A stretch of 64,000 nt of DNA from an uncultured delta proteobacterium (GTDB lineage Bacteria; Desulfobacterota; Desulfobacteria; Desulfobacterales; Desulfatirhabdiaceae), in assembly GCA_963789395.1 (NCBI GenBank), contig CAWBKP010000019.1, forward strand, positions 32,001 to 96,000. Reading direction: 5' to 3'. Position 1 is the first letter of the stretch. Each line of letters starts with the position of its first letter. Made by a program: the position numbers and the translations under genes. Below the pieces are notes generated by a model that was given only the letters and a program-made list of their open reading frames with translations, made no database searches and had not been told where the DNA came from. Shown one piece after another: positions 62,658 through 64,000 of the stretch.

Positions 62658-63401
62658 ATGACGTTGAAAGTTCTTGCTGTTGATGACAGCAAAACCATTC
62701 GGAAAATTGTGAGCAAGGCATTTTCAACCTATGACTGTGATGTCCTGGAAGCGGAAAACGGCATCGAAGGGTTGTCAATCGCCAGTCGTGAAAAGCCTGA
62801 TTTGATAGTCCTGGACATTACCATGCCGGTCATGAACGGGGTGGAGATGCTGGGTAAGCTTAAGGGGCAGCCGGAGCTAAAAGACATTCCGGTGATCATG
62901 CTGACTGCTGAATCCGGCAAGGAAAATGTCATGCAGATCGTTAAAATGGGTGTCCGGGATTACATGGTCAAACCGTTTAAGGGAGAGCAGTTGATTGAAA
63001 GGGTGATGAAGATCTTGACCCTTCAACCCAAGGCGGCGGATGCTTCGTCTGCGTCCGTTTCCAGCCCGTATATTTCACTTGTGGAAGGTGTTCAGATCGT
63101 TACCTTGCCGGAAAAATCCGACCGGTCCATACTTGCGGAGATTGAAGGCGATTTCAACCAGTCTCTGAAGGTCATGGCCAATGCTGGCTGCGTCAGGCTC
63201 ATTCTGGATTCCAGAAACGTCAAGGAGGTCAACATGCTGGTGATCAAATTTGTACTTTCGGTGGTTCAGCATTGCGAGAAATCCAAAATTCATTTAAGAA
63301 TCGTCGGATCGCAGACTCTCGGCAATGAACTCAAGGGGTTCCAGGAAACTAGCGGTTTTGCCGTTCATGCCTCGGTCGAAGACGCCAAAGCCACTTTTTA
63401 A
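62658..63401 (+). CDS. Response regulator with a C-terminal STAS-like domain
   Basis: AVDDS, LDITMP, MLTA, VKPF; C-half LILDSRNVKEVN..LRIV..SVEDA resembles an anti-sigma antagonist fold. Confidence 0.8.
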   Translation: MTLKVLAVDDSKTIRKIVSKAFSTYDCDVLEAENGIEGLSIASREKPDLIVLDITMPVMNGVEMLGKLKGQPELKDIPVIMLTAESGKENVMQIVKMGVRDYMVKPFKGEQLIERVMKILTLQPKAADASSASVSSPYISLVEGVQIVTLPEKSDRSILAEIEGDFNQSLKVMANAGCVRLILDSRNVKEVNMLVIKFVLSVVQHCEKSKIHLRIVGSQTLGNELKGFQETSGFAVHASVEDAKATF

Positions 63402-63410
63402 CGGATGTCA

Positions 63411-63438
63411 TTCCCCCCCTTTTCAAAAAAGGGGGGAA
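63411..63438. terminator. GC hairpin after the signalling operon
   Basis: TTCCCCCC(C)TTTT-CAA-AAAAGGGGGGAA inverted repeat just after the stop codon. Confidence 0.5.
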
Positions 63439-63699
63439 GTTCATGGGTTGTTGTTTCTTCCTTTCTGCTTTTCCTCGCAGCATTCCGCAAAATGCAAATC
63501 GCAAAATGCAAAGAACCTGATTCGCCTGTTCGATAAGGATAGAAGCTGTTCTGCTGAAAGACGGTCGTCCGTTTTTCCGTGAACGCATTGCAAAATGCAA
63601 ATAAAATGCGGCTGACTTCAGAAATGCCTCTTCCTGATAATGATTTTAACTATTTGAATATAATTAAAATTAATTATTTTATTATGGATTTTTTGCAAT

Positions 63700-63715
63700 T
63701 GGCATCTTCTTTGCT
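63700..63715 (+). promoter_or_regulatory. Sigma54 promoter
   Basis: TGGCATCTTCTTTGCT after an AT-rich tract. Confidence 0.7.
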
Positions 63716-63785
63716 CAAAGAAGCACGAAACCGAATATATTGCAAAAAATCACACTGCATCATAGTTTAAATGAGGAGGGAAACT

Positions 63786-64000
63786 TTGACGAACCTCGCG
63801 ATCGATTACAGCAACTGGCAGGAACCGGATTCTTGTCTTGAGGGAAAACCGGTTGTTTCCAATTTCAGCCAGCCTGGCCCGTTTATGGGCATGATTGGCC
63901 AAAGCGAGCGGATGCAAAGAATGTTTCGTCTGGTTGAAAAAGTGGCGGACAGCGACAGCACCATCATTATTCAGGGTGAAACCGGAACGGGAAAGGGGTT
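63786..64000 (+). CDS. Sigma54-dependent activator (FlrA/FleQ/NtrC-type AAA+), 5' part only, cut by the window edge
   Basis: GAGGAGG RBS, TTG start; MIGQSERMQRMFRLVEKVADSDSTIIIQGETGTGKG; absent from the ORF track. Confidence 0.85.
   Translation, partial: MTNLAIDYSNWQEPDSCLEGKPVVSNFSQPGPFMGMIGQSERMQRMFRLVEKVADSDSTIIIQGETGTGKG

Overview
Gene-dense chromosomal window, most consistent with an anaerobic Desulfobacterota (Desulfobacterales-like) bacterium; this taxonomic call is an inference from gene content. Many otherwise intact genes are broken by single-base indels, which looks like uncorrected long-read error rather than decay. Left to right: FMN reductase; octaheme HAO-family cytochrome plus NapC-type tetraheme, divergent from a heme-c sensor kinase and OmpR-type regulator; toxin-first vapC/antitoxin pair; ald; an ABC importer whose permease is fused to a UbiA prenyltransferase, followed by ubiX-ubiD; three glycosyltransferases; tatD, a MurU-AmgK fusion, plsB; a PocR-HdrA-HdrA/MvhD-HdrD-like operon whose last gene reads through an in-frame UGA followed by a SECIS-like hairpin (selenoprotein split by the ORF track); hsp20-lon-rlpA-cysE; EAL-HDOD; rlmD-gmhB-recD2; a 45-bp tandem-repeat membrane protein; namZ; a HypD-type glycyl radical enzyme and activase; and a flagellar region (CheX-CheX-FliN, csrA, fliW, TPR-GT41-FkbM, three tandem sigma28 promoters, fliC, fliD, fliS, flaG, signalling genes, sigma54 activator cut by the window edge). 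I found no rRNA, tRNA, CRISPR array or intact transposase. Best candidates for something undescribed: the ABC-permease::UbiA fusion operon (putative quinone-precursor import and prenylation) and the Sec-containing Hdr-like operon.
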